The translations under genes and the position numbers were made by a program. A stretch of 63,964 nucleotides of DNA, filler included, from Sluysia triapertura (taxonomy: Eukaryota), in NCBI GenBank assembly GCA_046118255.1. It is 5 parts of 5 records of this genome, joined end to end, with 100 filler letters (N's around TTAATTAATTAA, not from the genome) between each part and the next. Parts side by side here need not be neighbours in the genome. Positions count along the whole stretch, not along the records: positions 1 to 13,475 come from JBJNIA010038368.1; 4 more parts are not named here. One strand, written 5' to 3'. The notes below the pieces were generated by a model, which ran no database searches, was not told where the DNA came from, and saw only the letters and a program-made list of their open reading frames with translations. Shown here piece by piece: positions 1 to 12,372 of the stretch. Within the stretch, counting starts at the first letter, position 1, and each line of letters begins with the position of its first letter.

Positions 1-129
1 TACCAGTTTTTCCCTCATTTTATGATTTTACATATGTTCATTCATCTCCAGATCCTCAGTTGGGCAATCCCAACAAATTCATGTTATAATAAATTATTAT
101 TAACAATAAAATAAATAGTGAAAGATAAC

Positions 130-530
130 CGTGAAATCTTTTATGTATCCAAAAAGATCCTAAAAGAGTAGCCATATTAAAAACAAAATTAAATTACACT
201 GAATTTTACGTGTCTCATTATCTGTGTTGATAAAGTAAAATCAAAATTACATTCTGAAATTAAAAGACTTCTACCATATAAAAGCGACCTTCCTTTTTAA
301 GAAATGTGTTCATTTGTGTTCCTGATGAATTATCAATTACTTCGATAATAGTGCCGAAATAATGTGAGATTTTGACATTATAAACGATCTTTTATAATTA
401 CTATCAATAGTTTTTATGCTGAATTAACGAAATAATCGCATTATGAGTTACATCCGAAATGCAGCCAATCGTTTTCTGTTGATTTATCAATGTCGGAAAA
501 AGCCGATCATTATTCTTTGTCTGGCTCATA
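130..530 (-). pseudogene. Possible decayed retropepsin (LTR-retrotransposon protease) remnant
   Basis: Minus frames give LINQQKTIGCISDVTHNAIISL and later GRFYMVEV..SECNFDF, loosely like INGxxxxALxDSGATHNFIS...FYV...xDxLLG. Stops and frameshifts are present. Confidence 0.25.
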
Positions 531-1109
531 AAATACGTGACATTTATCATGATATAAAAGTTAGGTGTTTTTATTATTATTAATATGTTTTATTTTGGCC
601 AGTATTTTAGTCATAAATTTATAATTCATTGTTATTTTTGGGTAACTCTGCCCTTTAATGTAATTTTTTGTTAACGCCAATGTACTATTATTCTAGATTT
701 TAAAATAAACCATATAAGTTCTTTTTTTAAGACAATATTTAACAAAATTACAAAACAGTTTCGTTACATTATGACTTTAGTAATGTCTTTAAGCGTAGAT
801 ATTGCATATTACGAAATGAAGTTAAATCTTAAATATAATTTATATTATATTTACTCTAATTCTTATTATACACGGTCATCAAAAATTTTTAATATTACAC
901 AAAGCACAAAATTCTATTGTTTACTTATTGTTGTAGATAATTTTCTGTATAATTTGTTTACAAACTTTTCTTTTCTGAATATTCGCTCTCAAACAAACAA
1001 TGACAAAATACTTAATATAAAACTCAACTATTTGATGACTAATAAGGCCACAATTAATAAATATGAAATATTACATAACCGAATTGAAATTGCTCCAAAC
1101 AAATTATCC

Positions 1110-1255
1110 ACAATATAACGTTATTGTTGAATGGTTTTTTGAATGACGTGAATTCATTGATTGCAAAGATTGTAAGAAAGACTAATAAAAATTAATGGTT
1201 TTGTGATTTAAATTGGGAATTTTTTAATCAGAAGTCATTAGTGAGCCACCACAAA
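1110..1255 (+). repeat. Dispersed repeat, also at ~21205-21400
   Basis: Shared blocks cgttatt(g/a)ttgaat...attgattg(c/t)aaagattgtaa...gtgattta...ggaatttt...caccacaa. Confidence 0.55.
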
Positions 1256-1398
1256 ATTATTAATCAACATAGTAAAATATTGCAGTAACGAGAATACACC
1301 TATACCTCGTTTTAAGCGGTACTTTCGCTTTTACAAGGTTCAAAAAAAATTTAAAATTAAGTATTGATCAAAAAGAACAAAATTTCAATACTGAATAT

Positions 1399-1886
1399 TG
1401 TTAGGTTGTCATCACAACCCTACAAAATAATTTTAAGATGTCATAATGACACCTTAAAGTTATTTAAAACTATTTGAAATTATCAAAAATTTAAATAAAA
1501 TCATAGAAAATGTTTCAAAACCATTTATTAATCTTTAAAATTAATAAAGTTTTAACGACAAAATAAAATACTGTAAATTCGGTCTTTTTTGTTTTTACAC
1601 CTTTTGTTTTGTAAGCAATTTAAGTTATTTAATTTTTGTGATTTTGTAACAAAATTTTTATTTAACGTTTGTGGTTTTATTTGTTACATAATAATTTGAA
1701 CCTTATATTATTATAATTATGATCCTCTCATATTTAAATTATCCGTTTAAGATATTAAGTTTTACTTAACATTTATTGTTACATAAGTGCCTTCTTTACG
1801 ATACAAGACGCTTACTGTAACCGGACCTTGCTCAATTTTCTATTTTGCCTTAGGTTTAGTTTTAAGTATCATTAAAAACCATAGCT
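1399..1886 (+). mobile_element. Internally deleted LTR of the family at 56286-57165 and 57250-57343
   Basis: Starts TGTTAGGTTGTCATCACAACCCTACAAAATAATT, the near reverse complement of 57132-57165. The 1790-1860 block (ctttacga..aagac..ttactgtaaccggacc.tgctcaatttt) matches 57260-57310. Confidence 0.55.
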
Positions 1887-2150
1887 AGTTTATTTATTTT
1901 GGTTTTATTTCATTGACTAATGAAATTAAATACATTTTTGAGTATCTTTCTTGAGTTCAGAACTTCTAAGCGGCTTCTCTTGAACTAAGTTATTTTAGTT
2001 TTTTATTAAAATTTTCTTAAATTAATTTTTTAATTTAAATTATTCTTTTGTGTATTAAATTATTATTTTATTATTCTTACAAAAGTATTAGTAAGAATAA
2101 TTATAATTATAATACATAACTGTAATTGTAATTATTATCGTTTCTTGAAG

Positions 2151-2434
2151 GACTACAGATCATACTGGACATATTATCCAACTTATAGCTACAGTTACGA
2201 TTATTTGCCTTATTCATATTATTCATCGTATTATCCAAAAGAATATATTGGGCAAAGTTATCGAAACTATCTACAAGTAAGATAAAAATGTTTACTAAAT
2301 TTTATTCTATTTAGTTATATAGATATCCTAGTTTGCCTACATATTATCGATACAATGTTTTACCATACTATGGCTACAACTACAATGACTACAATCGACA
2401 ACATCGCAGAGGAATCGCAGTAATTGATATTTAA
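2151..2434 (+). CDS. Tyr-rich small protein, two 3' exons (2151-2276, 2315-2434); start codon not found
   Basis: ttgaag acceptor, then a 38-nt phase-0 GTAAGA...TTTAG intron, then TAA stop. Spliced translation: DYRSYWTYYPTYSYSYDYLPYSYYSSYYPKEYIGQSYRNYLQ|LYRYPSLPTYYRYNVLPYYGYNYNDYNRQHRRGIAVIDI*. An upstream GTAAGA donor lies at 2091. Confidence 0.65.
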
Positions 2435-2959
2435 TATAATTTTTACCATTTTTTCAATACATAATTTACATTTTGTAAAATATGATTTTGTATTAGTTAT
2501 ATCACACATATTAAAATAAAAGATTTGAATATTAAATACAATTGAAAACTTTATATAACATTATTTTTCATAACGATAAAGATTTTAAAAATCTATGTAA
2601 TATGCTTGTTATTCTTCAATTCCGCACAATATTCTGTTATTAAATATGAATTTAATGTTCGTAACATTATCTGGTGACAATATTTCATTTTCAACGTAAT
2701 TTAGAGTCTTATTTATTTGCTTTATCTGAAATATATAAAGTGAGATGAATTGTTTGCAAACTAAAAACCTTTAAATAATTGATAAATAGTATTTGATTCG
2801 TGTTTTAAATGGAAACTATTTTAACTTTTTTATATTTCAAATACAGGTGTTCTTATAACATGGTTTCCTACAAAATATTTGTGATCGTACACCGTTTCAT
2901 TCTACCACCCTGTTATAACATTTTATACATGAAAGGTACTTTGGTAATACGATTTTTAT

Positions 2960-5050
2960 TACAAATATCAGAATTAAGTTAGGTACCATGCCATTGTGCG
3001 CAGTACTCAACAACAATCTATACACAAACGCAAACCTCCACTTTGTAATGTTTATAATATCAGACTTTTATAGCACGGTTTCACATAACATATAATTTGC
3101 AAACGCATTCATTTATAAAAGCATAAATAAACTTTTTTCTGCTTGATATCTACGAAATTATGTGTAGGAATCTTAAATTTGTTCCAAAATTATTTTTGTT
3201 TCTGTTGCTTTCATTGGTAAGGAAATATTATTCTTCTGTTGAAAATATTTGTTATTTTGTTTTGTTATGAAACATTTATGTATGACTTGGTTAAACAAAA
3301 ATTATCATAATTTTCTAAAATAAAAGATTCGTCAATAAATTTATGGTTAACTTTTTAAATACCACTAACGATTTTATTTTTTACTTAAATATTTATATAA
3401 TTTTAATCTTAGAATCATACTGAGAAATTTGTAGCTCCACCACAAACATTTTATTCAACTCTTCGACAAGATCTACGCAGTATTCTAGATAAAATGGATT
3501 CTCATCGAACACTGATTGATCGATATAGCACAATTGATATGGTACCAAGAGCACAATCTGTTCAAGAAAGAGTTCTTGAAAAGTCTCTACAATTTTCAAA
3601 CAAGTATTAAACTAAATTTTTTATTATCGCCTTTACATAAAAAACAACTTTAAATAAATTATTTAAATTTAAAGAATGCCTTCCTTTCGCTTTCGTTTAA
3701 ACAAGACGTTTACTGTATTTTAATTTCTAATTGATTGTTTTGTAATTTTGACATGGTATGTTAATTGAACTTAGTAGGTTATTTAAATTTATGATTTTAC
3801 AAATAAAAACGATTATCTTACTGCTTTTTTTATTTATTATATTTAATATTTAATATTTTAACAAATGTTTTTAAGATAATAGATTATTGTATAGAAACAT
3901 TTAGTATTTTAATAACTTTCATATTTATTACTTTAGATTTCAAAATTACGTCACTTATTACTTAAACATATCTCAAAACTTATTCTTTATTTCAAACATT
4001 TAACTTTATAATATTTTTTCATTTTGTGTTTATCGACTATTAATAATTATAGGCAGTAACTTCTACTTAATTACTAACATCAAGATTATTCGTAAATTTT
4101 ATAAAATCTAAAGTCTAACGTATATTGAAACAACCAACCTTAGGATTTAGCGTGGACTCAAATTTATTTCATATGATCGAATAGAAAGGAAAATCCTATA
4201 AGGACACCTTCCATTAGGATATAAACCACTATTTAAAATACATTTCGCATACTAAGTCACATCAAAAACTTGCAATAATAATAATAAACATTAGATTAAA
4301 TGAATAATATTGTAAATTTAAAGTTAAATGAATTAAATTTGGTAGAGTGTTACATAATTGTTCACTTTTATCGAGAACAAGTAGCTTATATTAATTTTTA
4401 ATAAAGTTGTCGACGTTGGCTTACCACAATGATGAAAATATTTTATCCTTTATTAACTGCAATAGTTAAATCGCGACTTATTCCTATTTTTCCTGTGTGA
4501 AATTCTTCGAGACAAGTATTCGTTAACATAATTAATATTATGAATGGTGTTGAACTTTCAATGGATATAACGCTTTTTATCGTTCTTTATACGACACATT
4601 CTTGTTATTTATGAAATATCTCATTTCATAAATTAAATAATCTCGAGTTAACATTGTTTATTTGCTAACACAAAACTTCAAGGATACTTCATAGGCATTC
4701 TGATATGGGTCAGACTTAACAGTGACATTTAGTTCGTCATTGACTTTTGATTCTGGGTAACGGCGTGGCTCATTTACACATAGGAATTTTGAGACCCAAT
4801 TTGATACTGCTTGCTGCGTAATAACACTTTTAATTTTTTCTAATTCATTTGAGTCTTTAGCTTCGGCGATATTATCGTATTCAAATAAAAAATTACAGAG
4901 ATCCTCCTTTACTCCATTAAATTTTCTTATATCTAGGAGTGCCACTATAGATCTTATATCCCTGACTAGTTGTAACATGCAAGTTTTAAAATTTTCTAAA
5001 TATTTTCAATGTTTAGTGATTTGCACTAGGTCTTATTTTATCCTTATAAT
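2960..5050 (-). pseudogene. Decayed downstream part of an Unkempt-like CCCH locus (tentative)
   Basis: H*KYLENFKTCM (~5010-4976) resembles Unkempt YLKEFRTEQC/YKTEQC. YAKCILNSGLYPNGRCPY (~4250-4197) resembles YKSTKC...CPRGPFC. Cys-rich CK/ICYVKPC...LCIDCC (~3110-3010) may be a broken RING. Stops and frameshifts throughout. Confidence 0.3.
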
Positions 5051-5368
5051 TCTGGTAAATTTATATTATTTTTTTGTAGCTTAAATAATGTCGCTTATAA
5101 AATTAATTCCATATCAAAATAATTTAACTTATAAAATTGTAAGCGTATAAACTTATATAACATCTTACTGCAAAACCTATATAACTTAAAACTTATAAAA
5201 TCAAATATTCAAAACACTTATAAACTTAAATGTAGGTTAAACTGAATACATTGAGATTCGAAATAATCGAATATAAAATTTATCTTATAGACTTGATAAA
5301 TCGCTTATAACTTGCATTATCTTCTATAAAACTGAAGCTTATATATAATGGAGTTTTCTAAAAGATTA

Positions 5369-5863
5369 TGTAATCCACCAATAAATAAAAAAAGTATGAG
5401 TTTTCCTACGATCCTAGACTTACAGGAAACAGCTAGTCCGTAGGATTTTTTAAAGAAGTTATTTTATTAGAGGTCGATTAAATTAAATTATGTATAAATT
5501 ATATATAACACTGCAACAAAATACGTACTAGTGTTTTAAGTTTAAACTTAATCGGTAATTTCAAATTAATTAATTCAGAAACTATTAATTCTGAATCCGC
5601 TTTAAAGCAAGGTTAGTTATTTTAAAACCTTAAGATCAAAAAGATTTATTTTTTCCGCTTAATAGCGAGATTAGAGAAGTTGAGATTTTATTTAGGTTCT
5701 ATTTAAACAGAACCTTGTACACAAATATTAAAGTTCGGTTTTATACACCGAATATACAATATGATTTTAATACATAATTTGTAACTGCAATTTTTTAAAT
5801 TTTATCGGCACTCCTTAATAAATGGATCGGAATATGAATCAAATTTTAAAGATATATTACACA
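5369..5863. mobile_element. Candidate solo LTR (~495 bp)
   Basis: TG...CA ends, TGTAAT/ATTACA terminal complementarity, and ATTA on both flanks (5365-5368, 5864-5867). The AT-rich context weakens the TSD. Confidence 0.35.
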
Positions 5864-6296
5864 ATTAAATGATATTATTGTAAGAATTTTGAAGGTATAT
5901 TAATAAATTGTTTGGGGTATTATGGAATGCTTTTATTTTAAATGTGAAATGATTGATAACATTATGATTATTTTTATTAGATTTTATTAGAATAAATATT
6001 AATTTTTTGTTAGTTAATTTTATTAATATAAAATGATAAATTTTTGCAAAACAATAACTAAAGTGTTTATTTATTTTAGTTATTTTACAATGAAATATTA
6101 CTAAATAAGACCCTAAACATATATTAATTATAACATAAATCGAATCACTTAAAAAGTTACAAAATGTTATTTTGATAACAAAAATTGGTGGACGTCTTAT
6201 ATTTCGGTAAACCAGAAGTTGTACAAAAAGGCAAAATTTTAATAAAAATAGAAAAAAGTCATCATAAACTAAAAATTCAAATAAAGTAAAATTTAC

Positions 6297-6897
6297 TTTT
6301 AATTTAGAATCGTCAGTCAATATAGCAGGATGTTCATTATGATAAACACGAATCACGTCGTCATCGATTGTAGAATGTGAATTAATTGAATTAATTTCTA
6401 ATGAAACTAGTACATTATTAATTCGATCCAAGTTGATATTAGAATTCGCGTTATAGAAAGAATGATAACATAATTCTGAATCGTTGTGAGCATATTGACA
6501 TAGACGGCCATACCTGAAGCATATACCTAAATCATTTGTACCAAACAAACAGTGCGGTTCTGTAGTGATTTTATGAAAATCGCATTTCAGATGATTATTT
6601 GATGTTATGTTGTATGAAACATCAATGTATCTATGAATGGAATGTACTACTCTAAAACATTCTTAATTTTTGATGTCACTTCCTTAAATTCTTTGAGATT
6701 GTTTCCTTTAACATAAAAACTTTTATTCATAATTATATTCATTAATTGATTAGAATAAAGATTTTATTTTATATATACTTCGATATCTGCTAAACTTATC
6801 ATATTGTCTTTGTCTAAATCTGAAAGCTGAAATGTTTCTTCAACCTTTTTACGATCGTGTACACTACAATCATTAATAGCTGATTCAATGCATTTAT
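6297..6897 (-). CDS. Exons encoding an EF-hand followed by an Unkempt-type CCCH zinc finger
   Basis: Exon 6897-6779 (ttccag acceptor, GTATAT donor) reads KCIESAINDCSVHDRKKVEETFQLSDLDKDNMISLADIE, with EF loop DLDKDNMISLAD. A 26-nt exon 6705-6680 and a 28- or 49-nt phase-2 intron keep the frame into ...PHCLFGTNDLGICFRYGRLCQYAHNDSEL..., compare Unkempt CIHETDARGHCVKNGLHCAFAH. GTAAAT donor at 6296. Confidence 0.5.
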
Positions 6898-8099
6898 CTG
6901 GAACATAATTTTATCTAGTTTCATTAAATGTTCCAGTTCTGTTTTAAAGTCATGATTATTCATTTTAGACGTTTATTTTAGTAAAGTATATTGATATTAA
7001 CTAAATCTTTCGATATTTAGCTCCAAACATAAAACTTTTTAATACTTCGTTATTTTATTAGCTAGAAATGAAATGCGTTTGAACTTAAAGATTTTTCGTT
7101 GCTTATTTTAATTTTATTCAGAACAAATTAATTGTGCCAATGATTTCTGTATTAACAAAATATATTATGATATTATGTGATTGTTATTGGATGGCCAATA
7201 AAATAACAATCACTGGTAGTAGTAGCGATATCACACGATAAATTGAATTTAAAAATGATTAAAATGCTGTCTAAAGTGGCAGCCAATATAAATACACAAC
7301 TATCAATTCAATTAATGGCAATGGCAATTAAAGCGATTGTACTGTTGATAATAATAAAAATAATAATTAACAATAACAACAATTGACAATGAATATTCTA
7401 GTAATAATAATACTAATAATAAAATGAGCAAAAAATAATAATAATAAAATTAATAATAATAAAATAAAATGAAATAATAAAATCAAACAAAAATGTGTAA
7501 GATTCTCTACACAAATCTCCTCTTAATTCTTTTAATTCTCAAAACTTCATGCAATCTTCTTTCTTACACTATGTTCTTTCTTCCCATAATATAAATACAC
7601 AAAATAATGAAACAAAATAAAGTTGCATAAAATGAAAAAAGGAAGGATAATAATAAAAATGAAGAAAAGAGAAATTGTACGAAAGATTTGGTGACGTTAG
7701 CAGTGTTAAAAGAAATTCCATTTAGCTTGTTATTTTGAAGTAAATTTAAAATGTAAATTTAATGATTTTTAATGTTATTGATGATTTTAATGTTATCAAA
7801 TATTGAACTTAAAAGTATTTTAGTATATATAAAATTTTGAGTGATAAGGTTGGCCATCACATTATGTACCACAAGAAATATCATATATAATTGGTTTGTT
7901 TTTATACGGAAATTTTATAAAGAATAATTTTATTATATTACATGGAGGGTTTGTAAAGGATATTTTATTATACTCTTCAAGTAAAATGATTTTATAAGCT
8001 TATTATTATTCAGTATAATAATCTTTCATGATAAATTGTAATTTAATAATTATGACAACCATATTAAAAGGTTCTAGATGATTGCAAATAAATTTTAAG

Positions 8100-8300
8100 T
8101 ATTAACTATTATGTTGCGCCTTTAGAAATTATTAGCTATAATAAATCAATTTCAATGTTTTAAGTAGTCACTATATCAAGTAATTCTTTTACTTGATAAT
8201 AATAATTATTCGCATCAAAATTAAGTTTTTAAAAATCAAATCAACAACAGCAACACAATAATTTACTAGTTAAACAAAAATCAAATACAAATTATTATTA
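8100..8300 (+). repeat. Dispersed repeat, also at ~38960-39190
   Basis: Collinear tgttgcg.cttta...actatatcaagta...aattaag...aaatcaaatcaa.aaca...aatttact.gttaaa.aaaaatcaa...acaaattattatt. Confidence 0.7.
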
Positions 8301-8479
8301 TTATAAATCTCCACTAAACAATAATAAAAATGACTAAAATAATAAGATTAACAATGACGTTTATAATGGCATCAAGGATATGACGGTCTATATGAAGAAA
8401 CCAGGAGTGACGCAGCAAACACTAAAAATATCAATATTCAGAAAGTTTAAAATAGTAAAGATGCTTAAATATTTTAAAA

Positions 8480-9400
8480 ATAAATTGGGCAAGGTGTCTA
8501 CGACAAAGTTAACTTTGAAATCCCTAAAAATCAAATTTAATATTTTTAAAAATAAATTGTGTAGAGTGTCTCCGCAGAACTACAAAATTTAAGAATATTC
8601 CCCCAAAAATCAAATATAATAATAATAATAATGAAAATAATAATCCATAATAATAATATTAAAATAATAAAATAAAATATTTAATTCTTATCAAAACCAT
8701 GGATCTACTAACTTAATGTGCACTGGTTTTTTGCTGTGTGATTGTGATGTGAAATTTTAAGATTTTTTATTTTATACTCTATCATCATCCAATCAATCCC
8801 AAGTCTCATAATCAAACACTCACTCAGACAAATAATTAAAACTTCTTTGAGAATTAGACCGACAATTTGACAATTACGTGGTACGGTCTGTCAAACTTCA
8901 TTAGGTACAAAGCATCGTTTTCTTTTACTCTGCTCAGTTTATTTTTACTTAAATTACTTCTCACATAAAAACAATAATCAACAATATTGTTAACGTATAT
9001 AAAAATAACGAATTTAATTTCAATTTTTAATTTTACTTTTAACTGATTTTCGATTTTTCACACCCACTTTTCTAATGAAAAATGTTTTAAGGCTCTTATT
9101 CTCTAGCAAACCGTTCTACAAACACTCTCCTGTTTCAAAGCAATAATCTTATATTCCATTCATTACATTTGCATCACTCTAAGTATAAAAATTTGACATT
9201 TCATAATTAAAAATTAATTAAAATTTGACTTTGCTCAATATTAAGGCTTTCTTGCATGAACTCCGTCAAACCATACCTTCATCGTAAGGTCCTTTCAAAA
9301 TAAACACACACACACACAATTTCAAATTTAACATAGTATTCAAAAGTTATTCACAAAAACGTACTTTTTCTTAATTAAGTTAATTAAGATTTTAATTAAT
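8480..9400 (+). repeat. ~0.9-kb non-coding dispersed repeat; inverted copy at ~25600-26540
   Basis: Collinear blocks catggatct, ttttatact..tcatccaatca.tccca, tttgaca.ttac.tg.ta...ctgtcaa, cttgcatgaactc and aaacacacac match the reverse complement of 25690-26320. Confidence 0.65.
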
Positions 9401-11494
9401 AAATCTATTTTTAGATTTAATTTTATTTTATGTTTAAAGGTTTTATTGAGTTCCAAAGTTATTTAGTAATTTATAAGGCACTCAGGAGGCTCTAGATGTT
9501 TTCATCTTCACCTCTCGATTCATTTTTCTACTTTATGTTAATTATTACCACATTAACTTATCTTTATTATTTTAAAGAAATATTTTATTTCTCAAACATT
9601 TGAAATATTTTATACACTATAATATTACTCGAAGATCTTCAATGCTTATCAAGGTTTCAAGAATGCTTAAAGGCTAATAAGGTTTCGGGTTACTTTAAGG
9701 CTGTTAAGTTCAAAGATACCTTAATGCCTTTAAAGGTTTTCCAAGTCTATCTCAAGCCTTCACAAGGTCTCAATACCTTAGATAAGTCCTTGGAACTCTC
9801 AGGTATTCTTAAGCTGTTAACATTATTATAGATGTTTTAATTTTTGATTCTCACAATGCTCAATCCATCACCCGGTGTCAGCTCTTTCTTCATTCCACAA
9901 TACCATGCTTCCCAGTCATCTCCTCATAAACAGTTGGGCAATCCTAACGTAACGATCACAGATTATACTTACTTTTCACCAGTGTTCCTACACTACTAAA
10001 AATATCATATATCAAAGAATTTGTTTTAAAATATTTTAGTTTAATTAATTTTATGTGAATCTGAATTCTTACCGGATAAATTATTAAATTATTATTAATC
10101 TTAGGTAGCAAATTTACTTTTAAGTTAGTTTTTACTAAATCTCAACATAATTCTTGTTTAACTCTTATTAAAGTGTTTATATTAATCCTAAGTCTATTTT
10201 AATGCCTTAAATTGTATTCTGAAAGTTAGAGTTTTTACTTGTATCTGCTGTAAGAGATGGAAGTGTAATTAATGTTACAAACTTATAACTCATATTTTCT
10301 CTTTCAATAAAATGAAATCAAATAAGACAAAAATATTATAGATAATAGGATAATTAGCGCACGTAACTTGATTTTTTAATTTGCCTATAATTTTAAAGAA
10401 ATCATTTGTTATTTGAATATTATATTGTTTTACGAAATTTATATATTTTGTCTAGTGTTTTATGCGTTAGTAGATCTGATAATAATAGTTTTAGATTTTC
10501 AATAACTTCAATAGCTGATAATCTCTGATTTGTTAGTATTTTTATAGTCATATTCACTGTTTTATATCGCATTATTATTTAAATTAATTATTAGCACGTG
10601 TGCATTCAGTTTTAAAATTTAATCATTTATTACAATAATTTTCCTTAAGTTAATTATTTGTACGTTATAATACATTCAATAATTATTTAGTTATCAATTA
10701 AAATCATAATCAAAACTGTACGTCGTAATTTTGATATTTTCATAGTATTTAATACAATAGTAACTGTTAGATAAAGCTTTGAATACTATTTACAAAAAAT
10801 TCCTACTGAATAATTTTAAAGTTTTTAGGCATTATTACTATAACCATTACTTAATCTTGACTTTGCACTTGGATTACCTTACTGTTTTGATAAAGTTACG
10901 TCAACATCTATAAAATGTATAAAGTCTATTAGATTATGTGCAAATTTCTTAAATTACTTCAGATAGTTATTATGAGCAATTAAATTTCTTTTGAACTTAA
11001 TATTTATTTTAAGTTCTTAAATTACCGTCAACTTGCAATGTACGATAAGTTTTCGAACTCATTATTACCTTTCTACCAAGCAAGGTCGTACATTTGCAAC
11101 AAATGAACTTTTTATTGCATTATGTTTAATTAAAAAATGAAATAAATAAAATTTTCAATTTATAACTATATTTGCATTACCCATTATATCACACTGAACA
11201 AACACGAAAATAATCGCATCAAACCTATGTTTTTTCGGATCCTTGACTTCAACGCTTCAAATGTTTATTGTAATTGAAGCGTTGAGTATTTAACGTATTT
11301 TTACCTTAATGATGATATTAACTTATAAATGATAAATAAGCATAATTATCAATTATGTAATAAACATAAAATTATGGAATTTCACTCACCAATTTATAAA
11401 TTGAGATTATTATCACTAATTACATAAGTAAAAATTCATATTAAAACTAAATCACTATTTATCAGAATATTATGCTTGAACAATAACAATCCAA

Positions 11495-11890
11495 TTAGAA
11501 TTGCTTCTTAAAATTACTATGCAGTTCTGGTGAAATGTGCAAAATCATTTCCAATAATTTTTCTATTGCAACTTCTTTATTTTTTGAAACTGATTCAGCA
11601 ATTTGTTGCATGTGATATTCTGTAGCAGCATTGACTTTTTGTTCAATATTCGTCTTGCTTCCTAAAACTTTTTCTTGCTTTTCTGAAAAAGCTCTTTCAA
11701 ATTCTTTTTTTTCCAGGTCAATTTCTTTCTGGGCTTCAATTTTTGCTTGTCTCAGTTTCAACGCTTTATCTAAATTTTATAAAATATAATATAGTATTTA
11801 TATTTAAATACTTTTTTTTGCTTCATTTACTTTCTTTGAAGCTTCCTTCTCAGCTTGTAACAGTAATTGAATTCCATCGTTTTTTGCCAT
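11495..11890 (-). CDS. ATP6V1G: V-type proton ATPase subunit G (exons 11890-11812, 11769-11495; 42-nt intron)
   Basis: Spliced protein MAKNDGIQLLLQAEKEASKKVNEAKKNKALKLRQAKIEAQKEI...ISPELHSNF has the GIQxLLxAEKxA...RLKQAKxEAxxEI and PELHxN motifs. The GT-AG intron 11811-11770 restores the frame. Confidence 0.96.
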
Positions 11891-12372
11891 TTTTAAAAAT
11901 TCCGATTTACAAAATAACAAAACAATAAATTATAACAAAACTGCTAAACAAAATAAAATCGATAAGTCAAAAATTAATAATATTAGGATATTTAACTGTT
12001 AAAATAAAATATTTTAATAATGTATGGCTTCTTCATGAAAATTATTAGTATTACGTATTTAAAATTTGATAAATAATCGAAATTTAAAAAATTTAAAAAC
12101 TTCAAGTCATTATTTTTAATAAGGTATTGAAATTAAACAATAATAAATTTTATTTAAAAAATTATCATTTCTAACATATTTTTCAAAGTGTTTCCCAAGA
12201 AGAAATGTAAAATTACAAATTTACGTAAATGTATAATTATTGTATTATATAATTATTGAATTTTTAATCCTAGTGTTGAATTTAGTATTTTAATGAGAGT
12301 TTGTCATTACGTGTAACTTTATCTTAGAAATCTTAAACGTAATAAAACTGAATACATTAATGGAATTCTCGA

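Noticed and set aside
771-1118. AT-rich ORFs such as 771-1118, 16847-17140, 39342-39605 and 39879-40202
   Set aside because: I/N/K/F/Y-biased chance ORFs with no motifs or splice support.
5865-6296. Hydrophobic C-terminal half of the 227-aa ORF as a membrane domain
   Set aside because: It follows a GTAAAT donor and has F/I/L/K composition typical of AT-rich intron read-through.
9870-9990. Gag-like scrap LGLPNCL*GDDWEAWY, sharing cagttgggcaatcc with 57-70
   Set aside because: Too short and degenerate to call beyond a probable retroelement remnant.
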